This document shows, in pieces, positions 9,666 to 20,128 of a stretch of 64,000 bases of DNA; position 1 is the stretch's first letter; the number at the start of each line of letters is the position of its first letter. Source of the stretch: Sedimentisphaerales bacterium. Lineage in GTDB: Bacteria; Planctomycetota; Phycisphaerae; Sedimentisphaerales; SM23-30. The position numbers and the translations under genes were made by a program. The stretch is taken from assembly GCA_963663965.2 (NCBI GenBank), contig CAXXFK010000033.1:64001-128000 (forward strand). The letters run 5' to 3'. The notes beneath the pieces are model-generated. The model had not been told where the DNA came from, did not search any database, and was given only the letters and a program-made list of their open reading frames with translations.

Positions 9666-12600
9666 TCAATCACATTTGGTATTTTCTGGATCGCGACAAT
9701 CCAGCCAATTCATAAGAATATATGTAAGATCCTGTAGATCGATATGGCAGTTCCGGTCGATATCGCCGGCATAATCATAACCGTATGAGTATATCGATGT
9801 GCAATCCATATTTTCAACCGTAAAAGTGACTTCATCAAAGATATTCTGGCCATGCAGATAACCGGCGGTCCCATCGTCAATCGAAAGGCGCAGGGTATAG
9901 GTCCCGCTCTGGGAAAAACTTACGCGAACATCTTTAGCACTATTATCAGGCAAAAATGACACATTGGCGCGAACCGCCGGGTCGGAATCCTCCACGGTCC
10001 ACCGGCAAGCGACAGGATCGCCATTCAAATCGAATATTGTCGCTGTCAAGTCCGCAAACCGGTTCATTGATATTTCGATATTGGACTGATCCGCTGCAAC
10101 CGAGACCGTTGGCGGAACGTTTTGTCCCATCAGCGCCAGTCCGGCAATCTCTGAGTCCGACAGAGCGGTATCATAGATGCGTAAATCATCGATGGTACCT
10201 AAGAAATAATCGCCTGCCACGGTCACACTTCTGGATTTTGTTCCTATGTAGAGTGTATTTGTGGTTTGATTAATCAATCCGCTGGCGTATTGAATTGCCT
10301 GCTCAATCCCATCGACATAGAGTTTTATCATACTGCCATCGTAAATACCGGCAATATGATGCCATAATCCCGCACTGGGCAGATCAGTTGTCACTTCGCC
10401 CACCCCGGATAGATGGAATTTGAGTGCGCCCCATTCCGCCAACAGGCGGTATTGATTGTCAGAAGATCCTTTTTGCACAATACGTCGGTTCCCATTCCAG
10501 TTATCGGCATTGATCCAGGCGGCAATAGTAATTTGATCCTGAATGGTGTTCAGATTCGGGCTGACACTGGTGTCTGGTGAAACCCGTACATAAGAAAAAT
10601 CAGTGAATCTTAACGCATGATTGTCAGATCCCTCCGCAGGAATCCATCCGGTTGCCCATTGTGGAGGATCGTAACCTTCCCTGGCTCCCAGAGTACCATT
10701 ATCGGCCGGTAATGCGGAATCTTCGGCAATTTGCCCCTGGGACTCATTCAATTTCCAATGAGCAATAGGATCTTGTGAGATGCCGATTGGTTCTATCCGT
10801 TGCTCTGTATCCAAAGGTTGCTCCAGGGAAGCAGCAGTCAAACCGTAATCGATATGACAAGAATTATCCTGCGGATCGTTACATGCCAGCCAATCCAGCG
10901 CAATAGTTGAAAAGTCATATAAATTAATATAACAGTCAGGTCTTCCCTGGGGGCCGCTGATGTCACCTGTCAAAGCTTTGCCATTACACCGGCCATAAAC
11001 CTCAAATTCATATATCCGTGCGGCTGTATCGGTATTCTGGGTGGGAGCAGTTATATAAAGTCGGATATATCGTATTGGGGTCGAATCGATCACATGTTTG
11101 GAAACATTTTTATTATTACCAGATACTGTAATGATGTCCAGCCAATCGTTAATACCATCAGCACTGCTCTGGATACTGAAATCCTTGGTATTCCAACTGG
11201 AGGTTTCACCGCCCGCGCCGGCATGTCGCACAATGAAGGTATCCACCCAGAATATTTCTCCCAGATCAACGGTCAGCCAGTGTGGTTCGAGCTTGCCAGT
11301 TGCCGCGCACCATTTGGTACTGTCTTTTCCGTCAACGCTAAGACGGGGTTGTTCAGCGTCGTTGACATAGCTGTTGGCTGTAACGGGTTTATTCAAGGCC
11401 AGGTTATCACCTAGGTTTTCAGGCAGGGGAGCCAGTTCCGGGATATAAGGTAATTGGTCATACAAGGGAGCCGCCATCCGGGTATTGCCGTTTGGATGGG
11501 TGGCTACGGTCATGGCAAAAATCACGATTCTGTCGTTGTCCGGTAGCGTGAACGATGTGGCGCCGTCCGGCAAATCAATCTGGTATTTATACAGGCAGCA
11601 GAATTCATAGGATTCGTTGGACGATGGATTATGCCGGTGGGTTCCAATCCAGGCGACGGGATCATATTTGATATAGGGCACGTCCCCTTCTCGTCCCCAA
11701 TCCGCGACAGGTTCATTATAATCTTGTATTGATAATTCATAAGACACATCATTAACCGTGAAAGTTCCCTTTGTATCGCCATTCCGAGAGGTGGCCAGAA
11801 TATATAAGGTATCATAACCTTCGGGCAAATTGATGGTCTGGCTGTCGCATAATAACGCGTTCATTTGGCCTTCTTGAGAGGAGCCCATCACATAGGCGAT
11901 GTCATTGCAACTAATTGCGACAGGAAATAATTCACCTGGGAATGTGTTTCCTTGCTCAAAATCGCCATCTGTCCGGTTCGTGTCAAAACTGATTGCGTCC
12001 AGATTGTATGGCAAAATAACACTTTGTACAATTGGCAGGATGCCGGCGGCTGGAGCTGGAGATAAACTTAGTGCATAAGTTTTAGGTTGGTTTGCGGTTA
12101 TCGAAACGACCAGGGCTCCATTACTCAGGGTTGCCGGCCCGATATCCTGTTCTGAACCGTTCAATTCTCGAGCCGAGATAAATCCCGAGCCCACCCGAAT
12201 GGTAGCATTGTTGACTGGAAGGCCATATTGTTCTTGAAGACGCAGTACAATCTGGTCGCTGCGTTCGGCTTTTTTCAGTGCTTTTACGGCAATTTGTGGT
12301 GTACTGATTTGAACAAAAGCATAGTTACGCCCCATTGAACCATTGTGTTTTGCTGTTTGGAATGCCCTCAGCGGTTGATTGATTCGTGCGCCCTTGGCAG
12401 GAATATCGCCATCGGACCAGTCATTGGCATGGCCGGCCAGAGCATAGGTAAACTTATGTTGGCCCAGGTCCTGGGTAGCCTGGGTCCGTATAGTTCGATG
12501 AGACAGCAGGCGTATGCAGTAATGTCAGGCGTAGTGTGTTGTTGGTGGGTTTGTCCCATCCATATTTACAGTCGTTCAGGATCGTAACGCCATAATCCCC

Positions 12601-14633
12601 TGAATTATCTGTGATATCTGCCCACCATTGAGCCGGGATTTCATAGGAATTGGACTGGTTGTTTCCGCGTCGAATTGTGCCCATGCCCAGATCATAGGTT
12701 GCTTCAGAGTTGGATACTGCCAGCGGAAATGACGCTTTCAGCAGGGTTCCTTGTGTCTGCCAATCCACCAGATTTTCGACAGAAATAATGTCTGATGCTC
12801 CTCCTGCGGACAGTGAAATCCTTTGTATGAAGGTTGAGGTCGTTTCGTTGACGAACGTTCTACGAACCTCAATGGTAATTCGGGCTGGCCCGGATTCGAC
12901 TACTTTAATATCGGCCGGTGCGGAAACATAGCTATAGGGTGGGTTTTGAACGTCATTATATAAAACTTCCCAGGCCGGCCAGGAAGGAGAGTAGTCGTTC
13001 AGTAGTTCTAATCTCAAGGGTTGAGCCAGGAGTTCGTGAGCGTTCAGCAGGTCATAAATAGATTCAATATCGCCATTATCATCAATAGTAACGGTATAGC
13101 GACCATTCGAGAATGTGTTGCCGGTAATAGATAAGCCGGTATCGATGGTACAGGGAGTTTCACTTTCCCGGATATCAAAAACACTGACACCCACTGATGG
13201 TACGGCAGCCAGGAATAGAATGGTCATGTGATCTTGTCCCTTGGATATTACTTGGGAAGGAACTTCTATGCCGTTGCCATCATAAACGCGAACAACTGCG
13301 GGTAACCCAGACGGAAAATAAATAGTTGCTTTAACAATATCTTCTCGAGGCATATCCAGTGGATTGTATACGACGACTGGTTGACCAGTTACCTGGGTAT
13401 CTAACAGCTGACAAACACCCCCTACAGCGTTTTGGGTAATTGAAGCGAATTGGTTGAGTGAAAGCAGTTCATCATTCCAGGAAAATTCATAGGCTGCGGG
13501 GGATACTGGTCCCGGTAATATCATCGTGGAACGTATGCCATAAAAACCGAATCCAGGCTTCATTAAGTGTTTTTTGAGGATAGCTTGCGGTACCCAGCCA
13601 GTTTGCCATAACGGAAGCGCGTTCGGCGGTGTCTGCCAGTTGTTCATTCTGCCGGTTCCAGCGTTTCATCGCAGCCTGCGAGGTATAACAGCCGGTTCCA
13701 TGAACTTTCATCAGTAGCTCACCGTCATATAAAGGTAAACCCGTTTTCTGGGTTGGCGTTAAGTCGTTATAAAGTTGGTCGGATGCAGCGCTGATCACAG
13801 TTATTGGTCCGGTTCCGGCAATACTTTGTTCCAGCCAGTCACATGAGCTGCTGGAAGGCGCCCCGCCCGTGTCTCCTGTTCCAAAATATTTATACCCGGC
13901 GTAAACGCCGTAATTATCGCCCAGACTGTTAATTGTGTTCAACCATCCGCCATCATTGCTGAGGTCGCTATCGATATTGCTGGTATAGGCGCCGGGATTG
14001 AGTGCGGCAATGACTGTTGAACCGTCAGGGCCACGCCACTGACCAATATTAAATGGGGTAGGTATGGCTCCGCCCCAGGATAACTTTTGTGAGGAAAAAC
14101 CGTTCAGGCCGCTGTGAGTCATCCAGGTGGGCATGGTATAAGAAAAACCAAAACAGTCTGGCAGGAAAATGTCAGTGCTGCGTTTGCCGAACTCATCTTC
14201 AAAAATAATTATTACCAATTAAGGCTTGGCGGATTAACGATTCTGGCGAAGGAATATTCATATCTCCGTTTTCCAGGGTGCTTCCAGCCACAGCCCAGCG
14301 CCCCTGGTTAATATAATCTTTCAGGGTCTCATAACGAGCCGGGTAATATTCCTTCATTAACATATAGCGGAAAGAACCCTCAAAACTGAAAACGTAATCT
14401 GGATAGTTGGCAAATCGATCAAAATTATCATCGAGCGTTTTTTTGATGTAATTATCAATTGTCGTCTGGATAGTCCAGCGCCATTGAGTATCCAGATGAG
14501 CAGTACCTACTGTATATAATACCTTATCCTGCGACAGATCGTATCCATATAATGGATATAGCATGCCAGTTAGAGTCAAAAAAAACACTGTATATCGATA
14601 CCTGATGTGCGATAAAACTTGCTTTTTGTTCAT
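9666..14633 (-). CDS. Secreted GH38 alpha-mannosidase (~1654 aa) with F5/8C, LamG, PKD and dockerin-like domains; split by three +1 homopolymer frameshifts
   Basis: AHLDTQWRW, LPDCFGF, DGELL..HGTGCYTS, FHDDITGTSI, NDCKYG motifs. Removing one base at 14201-14205, 13498-13502 and 12482-12484 gives one continuous frame. Confidence 0.88.
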
Positions 14634-15007
14634 TAGGGTATCCTCAATTGCTTAATGCTGTTTTGGTTATCATACAGGGCTTGTACGATAGTAGTTTTAT
14701 AAAAATTTAAGGGGTAGAAATTAATGATAAGTATTTTAACTTCATGGATAAAAAGGTATGTTTTATAGAGGTTGTTTATTTATTATAACAAATTCAGGCA
14801 GACATACCAATATCTAACTTTGTTAGATTACTGTTTTATTTCTTGGCAAAGGATTTGTGTTTATAACCCGAAGAGTGTGAAAATTTAACTCTTATCTGAT
14901 AGTTGTTAAAATGCTTATGAAAATCTTTACCAGGCTGGCAACATCAGGTCGTATTATTTGATTTTGTGGTTTATGAATGTTATCATGGCGCTCTTAACTG
15001 GGATTGC

Positions 15008-15044
15008 AAAAAAAAGGCAGGTATCGGATTAAGATACCAGCCTC
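15008..15044 (-). terminator. Intrinsic terminator after corrinoid protein gene
   Basis: aggc-a-ggtatc/gatacc-a-gcct stem with an A8 tract on + (U tract on -). Confidence 0.7.
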
Positions 15045-15074
15045 AATATTAATTACTTTATATATAGTGTCAGA

Positions 15075-15701
15075 TTAATTCAAAAGTTCTTTGGCGATAT
15101 CTACTGCTGAAGCCGCATCTTGTGAATAGCCGTCTGCTCCGATTTTATTGGCGTAATCCTGAGTGACCGGGGCGCCGCCGATCATAATTTTGGCGGTGAC
15201 ACTATTTTCTTTGAAGGCCTGAACGGTTTTTTCCATCATGGGCATGGTGGTGGTTAGAAGTGCAGACAAGCCAACCAGTTGGGCCTTGTTCTCTTTTACG
15301 GCGGCGACGAATTTTTCGGGTGATACATCAACCCCCAAATCAATGACGTTGAACCCGGCCCCTTTGAGCATCATGGCAACCAGATTTTTGCCAATATCAT
15401 GTAAATCGCCTTTGACGGTTCCAATAACCACGCTGGCCAGGGGTTCGACCCCGGCTTCGATCAGTTTGGGTTCGAGAATTTCCATCGCCATTTTCATGGC
15501 GCGAGCGGCAATAAGGACTTCCGGGACATAAACCCGGTTGTTTTTAAACTCGACGCCGATCACATTCATCCCGGCAATCAATCCCTCTGAAAGGATGGTT
15601 TCGGGATGTATGCCTTCGGTTAACGCTTCGGCGGTAATGCTCTTGGCGATGACGTGGTTACCTTTGATAATAGCATCTTTTAATGCCTGTAAATCTGCCA
15701 T
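15075..15701 (-). CDS. Methyltransferase-cognate corrinoid (B12-binding) protein
   Basis: Cap domain (GLIAGMNVIG..YVPEVLIAARAM), GDLHDIGKNLV (DxHxxG), SALLTTT, IGGAP, IGADGY. Confidence 0.93.
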   Translation of the reverse strand: MADLQALKDAIIKGNHVIAKSITAEALTEGIHPETILSEGLIAGMNVIGVEFKNNRVYVPEVLIAARAMKMAMEILEPKLIEAGVEPLASVVIGTVKGDLHDIGKNLVAMMLKGAGFNVIDLGVDVSPEKFVAAVKENKAQLVGLSALLTTTMPMMEKTVQAFKENSVTAKIMIGGAPVTQDYANKIGADGYSQDAASAVDIAKELLN

Positions 15702-15966
15702 AATAATGTCCTCTTAACTGGCCGCAATACGACGCATGCTTCCTGTCAGATTCGGCCATTCATCTGATGAAGCAATTCGATTAGCCTGAATTGTAATAAT
15801 AATCGTACTTTAATATATCGTGTGTGATTCATATCACAATCTTTTTCCAGAAAAAAAACTTGCCCGATATCTTGATTTATGCCATAGTCGCCTGCGATAT
15901 TTGCTGTGAAGGCCAATTGATGTAAACTGATAATCAAAACAAAATTTTAAGAATTTACAGGTTTTA

Positions 15967-16800
15967 ATGATGTTAGATCATGTATTGACAGTAGCTTATG
16001 ATACAGCCCGGGATGCGGGCATGCACGCTTTAAACCATTTCGGAATGTCTCGTTCACGACTTAAGACTCAAGACCAGATTGTAACCAATGCCGATCTGGA
16101 ATGCCAGGAAATGATTATCAGACGCATTAAGGAGGATTTTCCTGACCATGGGATTGTCGGTGAAGAGGGGCCTGATGGCAGGTTGTTGCTGGAAAAACCG
16201 GGTGGTAATGAGGATATCTGGTGGGTGATCGATCCAATTGACGGTACCCGTAATTATGCTCATGGGGTATCGTTGTTTGCCTGTTCGGTAGGGGTGTTAA
16301 AAGATGGAATTCCCTGGGCCGGCGCCATTTATGATCCCTGCCTGGATAAAATGTACCTGGGGGCGATTGACCGGCAAGCTACGGTGAATGGCCAGCCGGT
16401 TCAGGTTTTGAATGAAACGCTGCACAGCAACAGCCAGATTGCTTTTTCGGGAAATCTACATCGAAAGCTGCCGCATTCGCTGGGCACGTTCATGGCCAAT
16501 CATGTCTATGTTAACCTGGGTTCAGCGGCGCTTCATTATGCCTTGGTGGCGACAGGGGCATTTGCGGCGGCGTTAAGCTGGAACGTAAAACTCTGGGATA
16601 TTGTCGCGGGGGCGGCGATCGTGCAGGCGGCCGGGGGCGTGGTGCTGCATCCTGATGGGAGTAAGATATTCCCGTTTAAATGTGAAAGGTATCAGGGTGA
16701 ACCGGTACCGGTTTTGTTTGCGCATGCGAGGGTGTTCGAGCAGATTAAAGCGATTATCGAACCGGATCTGAATTTGGAGAATGAACCGGGGAAATCCTGA
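15967..16800 (+). CDS. Inositol monophosphatase family protein (SuhB-like)
   Basis: VGEE, WVIDPIDGTRNY, GSAAL, WDIVAG..IVQAAGG. Confidence 0.9.
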   Translation: MMLDHVLTVAYDTARDAGMHALNHFGMSRSRLKTQDQIVTNADLECQEMIIRRIKEDFPDHGIVGEEGPDGRLLLEKPGGNEDIWWVIDPIDGTRNYAHGVSLFACSVGVLKDGIPWAGAIYDPCLDKMYLGAIDRQATVNGQPVQVLNETLHSNSQIAFSGNLHRKLPHSLGTFMANHVYVNLGSAALHYALVATGAFAAALSWNVKLWDIVAGAAIVQAAGGVVLHPDGSKIFPFKCERYQGEPVPVLFAHARVFEQIKAIIEPDLNLENEPGKS

Positions 16801-17221
16801 AAATCGTTTCGAAAAAAGTGGGTTTTTAATACTGAAAACTAATTTTTTTTAAAAATTTATTTCCGGTTTCCATTAAGGACCGAATTTCGAATTAACCACC
16901 GAACTCAAGCGATGATATTGGGTTATATCCGGCAAAATAATTATCTCACAACTGACTTTCAGGCCCGATAATACTATTTTATCAGATAACCGGTTTCGGA
17001 CCTTAAAAAACCTTGTCACGAACTTTAAAATGGGGTTATACTTCTTTTGGCCTGATTACAATCTGGGCAGTTTTTAACGATTATAGCGAAAAAATCAAAC
17101 AACTACTGACGGGTAACCGTTGGTCATCGTAACACCGTAAACGATTATCGGTCCACGCAGGCAACCGGTCTGATGGTCTCTTTACAGGTTCTTTGACACG
17201 AGAGTAAAACAGGAAGTGCTT

Positions 17222-17776
17222 ATGGGTTTCCCCAACGCCGAATTATCAATTAATGAATTATCCTTCACGCTGTTTCAGCGTTCGTTGCATCCGGAACTGT
17301 TTAAGATCTATCGCAGTCAGCAGTTTTTTCAGGGTGATTACGAAGTCAATATCTGGATCACCGGGTGCAGTCATGTGCTGAGCGTGTATCATGGAGGCGG
17401 ATGTCTGACCGAACTAATCAGTATGCCGGATCAGATGCTGCCGGCTCGGGGTCTGATTGAACGGTTCGCGTTTCGGGGCGAGAAGAATTTCAGCTGCAAA
17501 TGGGCGGATAATTTTGTTTATATGATGAATTTCCAGGTCGAGACGATGAGTGAGAATCTCTATCGGCATGCCCATAAGGAACTGGTGAAAATTACCCGTC
17601 AGCGCGGGATTTATGTGCCTTATCCACAGTGGACGGGAGATGGCAACTTTATTCCGTTCAGTTATATCGATTATGAAGCGCGCTGGGAGGAGTTGCATAT
17701 TCAGACATTCCATGCGTTTCCGGATAAACTGACGATTATCAAAACCCAATCGCTGTTCGATATGAAACGGCGTTAA
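17222..17776 (+). CDS. DUF2617-like conserved hypothetical protein
   Basis: LFQRSLHPELF...ITGCSHV...TFHAFPD..TIIKTQSLF pattern recalled for this family. Confidence 0.6.
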   Translation: MGFPNAELSINELSFTLFQRSLHPELFKIYRSQQFFQGDYEVNIWITGCSHVLSVYHGGGCLTELISMPDQMLPARGLIERFAFRGEKNFSCKWADNFVYMMNFQVETMSENLYRHAHKELVKITRQRGIYVPYPQWTGDGNFIPFSYIDYEARWEELHIQTFHAFPDKLTIIKTQSLFDMKRR

Positions 17777-17800
17777 ACGACATACCCCCCGAACTGGCCC

Positions 17801-17837
17801 GGGCCGCTGGCAACTGAACCCAGCGGCCCATTTTTTT
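17801..17837 (+). terminator. Intrinsic terminator
   Basis: gggccgctgg/ccagcggccc stem followed by T7. Confidence 0.85.
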
Positions 17838-17973
17838 GGGGGGTAAGGATAACCGGGCGAGGATGGCGCCTGTCGATGCGAGGGGGCAGGTGAAGGCGGG
17901 TTGTTAAGCCGGCAGTAAACATGGTGTGGTAATGTCTTATTTATCAATAGGATGTGTGGGGTATTTTTCTGAT

Positions 17974-18209
17974 TTGGCTTTGTTTGGCCTGGGAATGGTG
18001 TGAATGATACAAGGGGATTTGGCCGTGTTGTGGATGGAAGGGGGAATGGCGGTTGGGTTTGTTTTGATGGGTAAGTTGGGGGCCGGCAGTTGTGTGGGTG
18101 ACATATCCTGGAGGGGAGCGGAGACGAGGGGAATGGTTATTGGGTTTGTCTGGAACGGTTTGGTATATATGAGGTTACGGGTGATTTTGGCGTTATTGGG
18201 TTTGTTTGG
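17974..18209 (+). repeat. Four dispersed TTGG(G/C)TTTGT(T/C)T motifs
   Basis: Copies at 17974, 18053, 18140 and 18196. Confidence 0.7.
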
Positions 18210-18357
18210 ATTGGGAGGGAATGGGATGAATGGGCGGCCCAGATTATGATGGGTTGTTAAATGGAGTTGTATACGTTGAATCGGGAGCGCCGATGAATGT
18301 GCGAAGGGAGTCCCGATGGATATCGGGATAAATTCCGGAATGGCCGGAGAGATGAGA

Positions 18358-19501
18358 AAAAATATAATGGCCGGGTTGAGCGCAGATGGATACAGACAAA
18401 AAAGATTTAAGTTATTGAAATAAAATAATTTATGAACACTGAATACACAGGGCGATCAAGCCGCAACTAAAGAAGAAATAGTTCACACAAAGCCGCGAAG
18501 CCACGAAGATAAACAGCCATTTAGACAGGATCACAGGATCGACAGGATAAAAAGTTCAGGAGCATTAATATATCCTATAAGATGTTGTAATTCATTCGCT
18601 TATAAAACATAAGAATAAAAAGCTCACAAAGAAAACAAAGAGTTGAAGGATTGTAGTACGGAAAAAAAGCAGGTGGCTGCGCCACGATTTAAATGGGTTA
18701 TTACCACAGAGGACAGGAGGGCACAGAGGATGAGGAGCAGGGAAGAATAAAAGATTTTTCGACAGGATCACAGGATCGACAGGATTTAATAAAAGAGGGT
18801 TGGGAAAATATAATGGCAGGGTTAACGGCAGATGGACTTAGGGCGGTCAAGCCGCAACGCCAAAAATAGCTCACACCAAGCCCCAGAAAAACAGCCGGTT
18901 TAACGCAAAGACGCTAAGGTGCAAAGGGTGGGCAACGGCTGGGAGAGTCAATAGTTGACGGAAGGCGCAAAGTGATATAAGTTTTTGTTTTAAAAGATCA
19001 TTTATTCTCCAACACAAAAAACTTCGCTAAAATAACAAAGAATTGAAGGATTGTAGTACGGAAGAAAAGCAGGTGGCTGCGCCACGATTTAAATGGGTTA
19101 TTACCACAGAGGTCAGGAGGGCACAGAGGATGAGGAGCAGGGAAGAATAAAAGATTTTTCGACAGGATCACAGGATTTACAGGATATAATGGGAATTCAT
19201 ATAAAATATAACGGCCGGTTTATCCACAGATGGACGCAGATGGACACAGAGAGAAAAGAAGGTAAGTTATTTAAATAAAAGAAGATATGACCACGGAATA
19301 CACGGAACTCACGGAAGAAATCAGGGTTAAGTTCAAGAAATATATCAAAAAGGTGAAAAAGAGTGGCTGGGACGCGGGGTTGAATTTTTTAAAGGCAGGG
19401 GTTTATCAAAGAGGATTGGAGGGCTGAGAGGGTAATGGCCGGGGGGGGGATGGGTATAGACGGGCACGGACTTTCACTGACTTGCACAGACTTGCACTGA
19501 C
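18358..19501 (+). repeat. Non-coding repeat field: 143-bp direct duplication plus short periodic triplet repeats
   Basis: 18634-18776 and 19034-19176 differ at 3 positions (offset 400 bp). Triplet motifs with 8-10-bp period at 18486, 18524, 18904, 19225, 19292 and 19465. Confidence 0.85.
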
Positions 19502-19942
19502 ATTGTGTGGTGAGGAATTGTGGCTGGCGAATAAGAATAAGGTCTTGAGGTTTGGGGTAATTTGTCGCTACAGTGGCAGCCTTAACAATCGCTCGACCAC
19601 AGGTCGCCTAGATTGATTGTTGCAGATACTAATCAAAATGACACATTATCGGAAAATCCTATCAGTTCAACAAAATGTTAAAATCGTTGAATGGATCAGA
19701 ATACGAATCAAGATCACTTTAAAAGTGCATTTATCCATATCGGGAAAGGTTGAAATATAAATAATTTTACGGATTTTACTTTGATAGAGATGATAAAAAG
19801 GGTAAAATACATTTTATGTCTATTGGAAATAGATATAGTATTTTGGTTGAAATAAAAAATAGTCAGGATATTACCAGAACACAAATAATAGGGAATGCTC
19901 ACTATTTTTAAACTGTTAACGTAGTATAAAGAAGCAGAGTGT

Positions 19943-20073
19943 AAAAAAAGACGCGCCCTCTTTGCAGATTGCGCGTCAGGTATGTTCCGTAGAACAGGCC
20001 CCAACTTTTAAAGCGGAGCTACCTGCAACTTTTCTTTTATTATGAAAAGAAACAGGCCAAGATTATTTACACT
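19943..20073 (-). ncRNA. tracrRNA
   Basis: 23-nt perfect anti-repeat (20051-20073), wobble-paired extension (20039-20046), downstream hairpins and a GACGCGC/GCGCGTC-U7 terminator (19943-19977). Confidence 0.9.
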
Positions 20074-20079
20074 GTAGAT

Positions 20080-20108
20080 AGTATGACACATACAGATTTA
20101 ATCGTCAA
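20080..20108 (-). promoter_or_regulatory. sigma70 promoter of tracrRNA
   Basis: TTGACG-N17-CATACT with extended TGn; predicted +1 is the first anti-repeat base (20073). Confidence 0.8.
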
Positions 20109-20128
20109 CATTTTTAAGGAGTATTTTT

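Noticed and set aside
17100..17195. Hairpins upstream of the DUF2617-like gene with ACGCAGGCAACCGGTCTGA, faintly like a c-di-GMP-I riboswitch
   Set aside because: The GNRA/receptor pair and closing P1 were not found; unsupported without an Rfam scan.
18409..18434. TAAGTTATTGAAATAAAATAATTTA and similar motifs (19263, 60216, 61360) as dif/att sites
   Set aside because: They fit a generic IHF-like consensus and recur in many intergenic regions; no XerC/D pair or integrase is present.
18004..19278. Small ORFs in the repeat field (18004-18249, 19093-19278)
   Set aside because: Low complexity, derived from repeats, no recognisable domain.
19714..20004. 96-aa ORF upstream of cas9 as an accessory or anti-CRISPR gene
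   Set aside because: Starts inside the tracrRNA, crosses its terminator, and is AT-rich with no RBS or motif.
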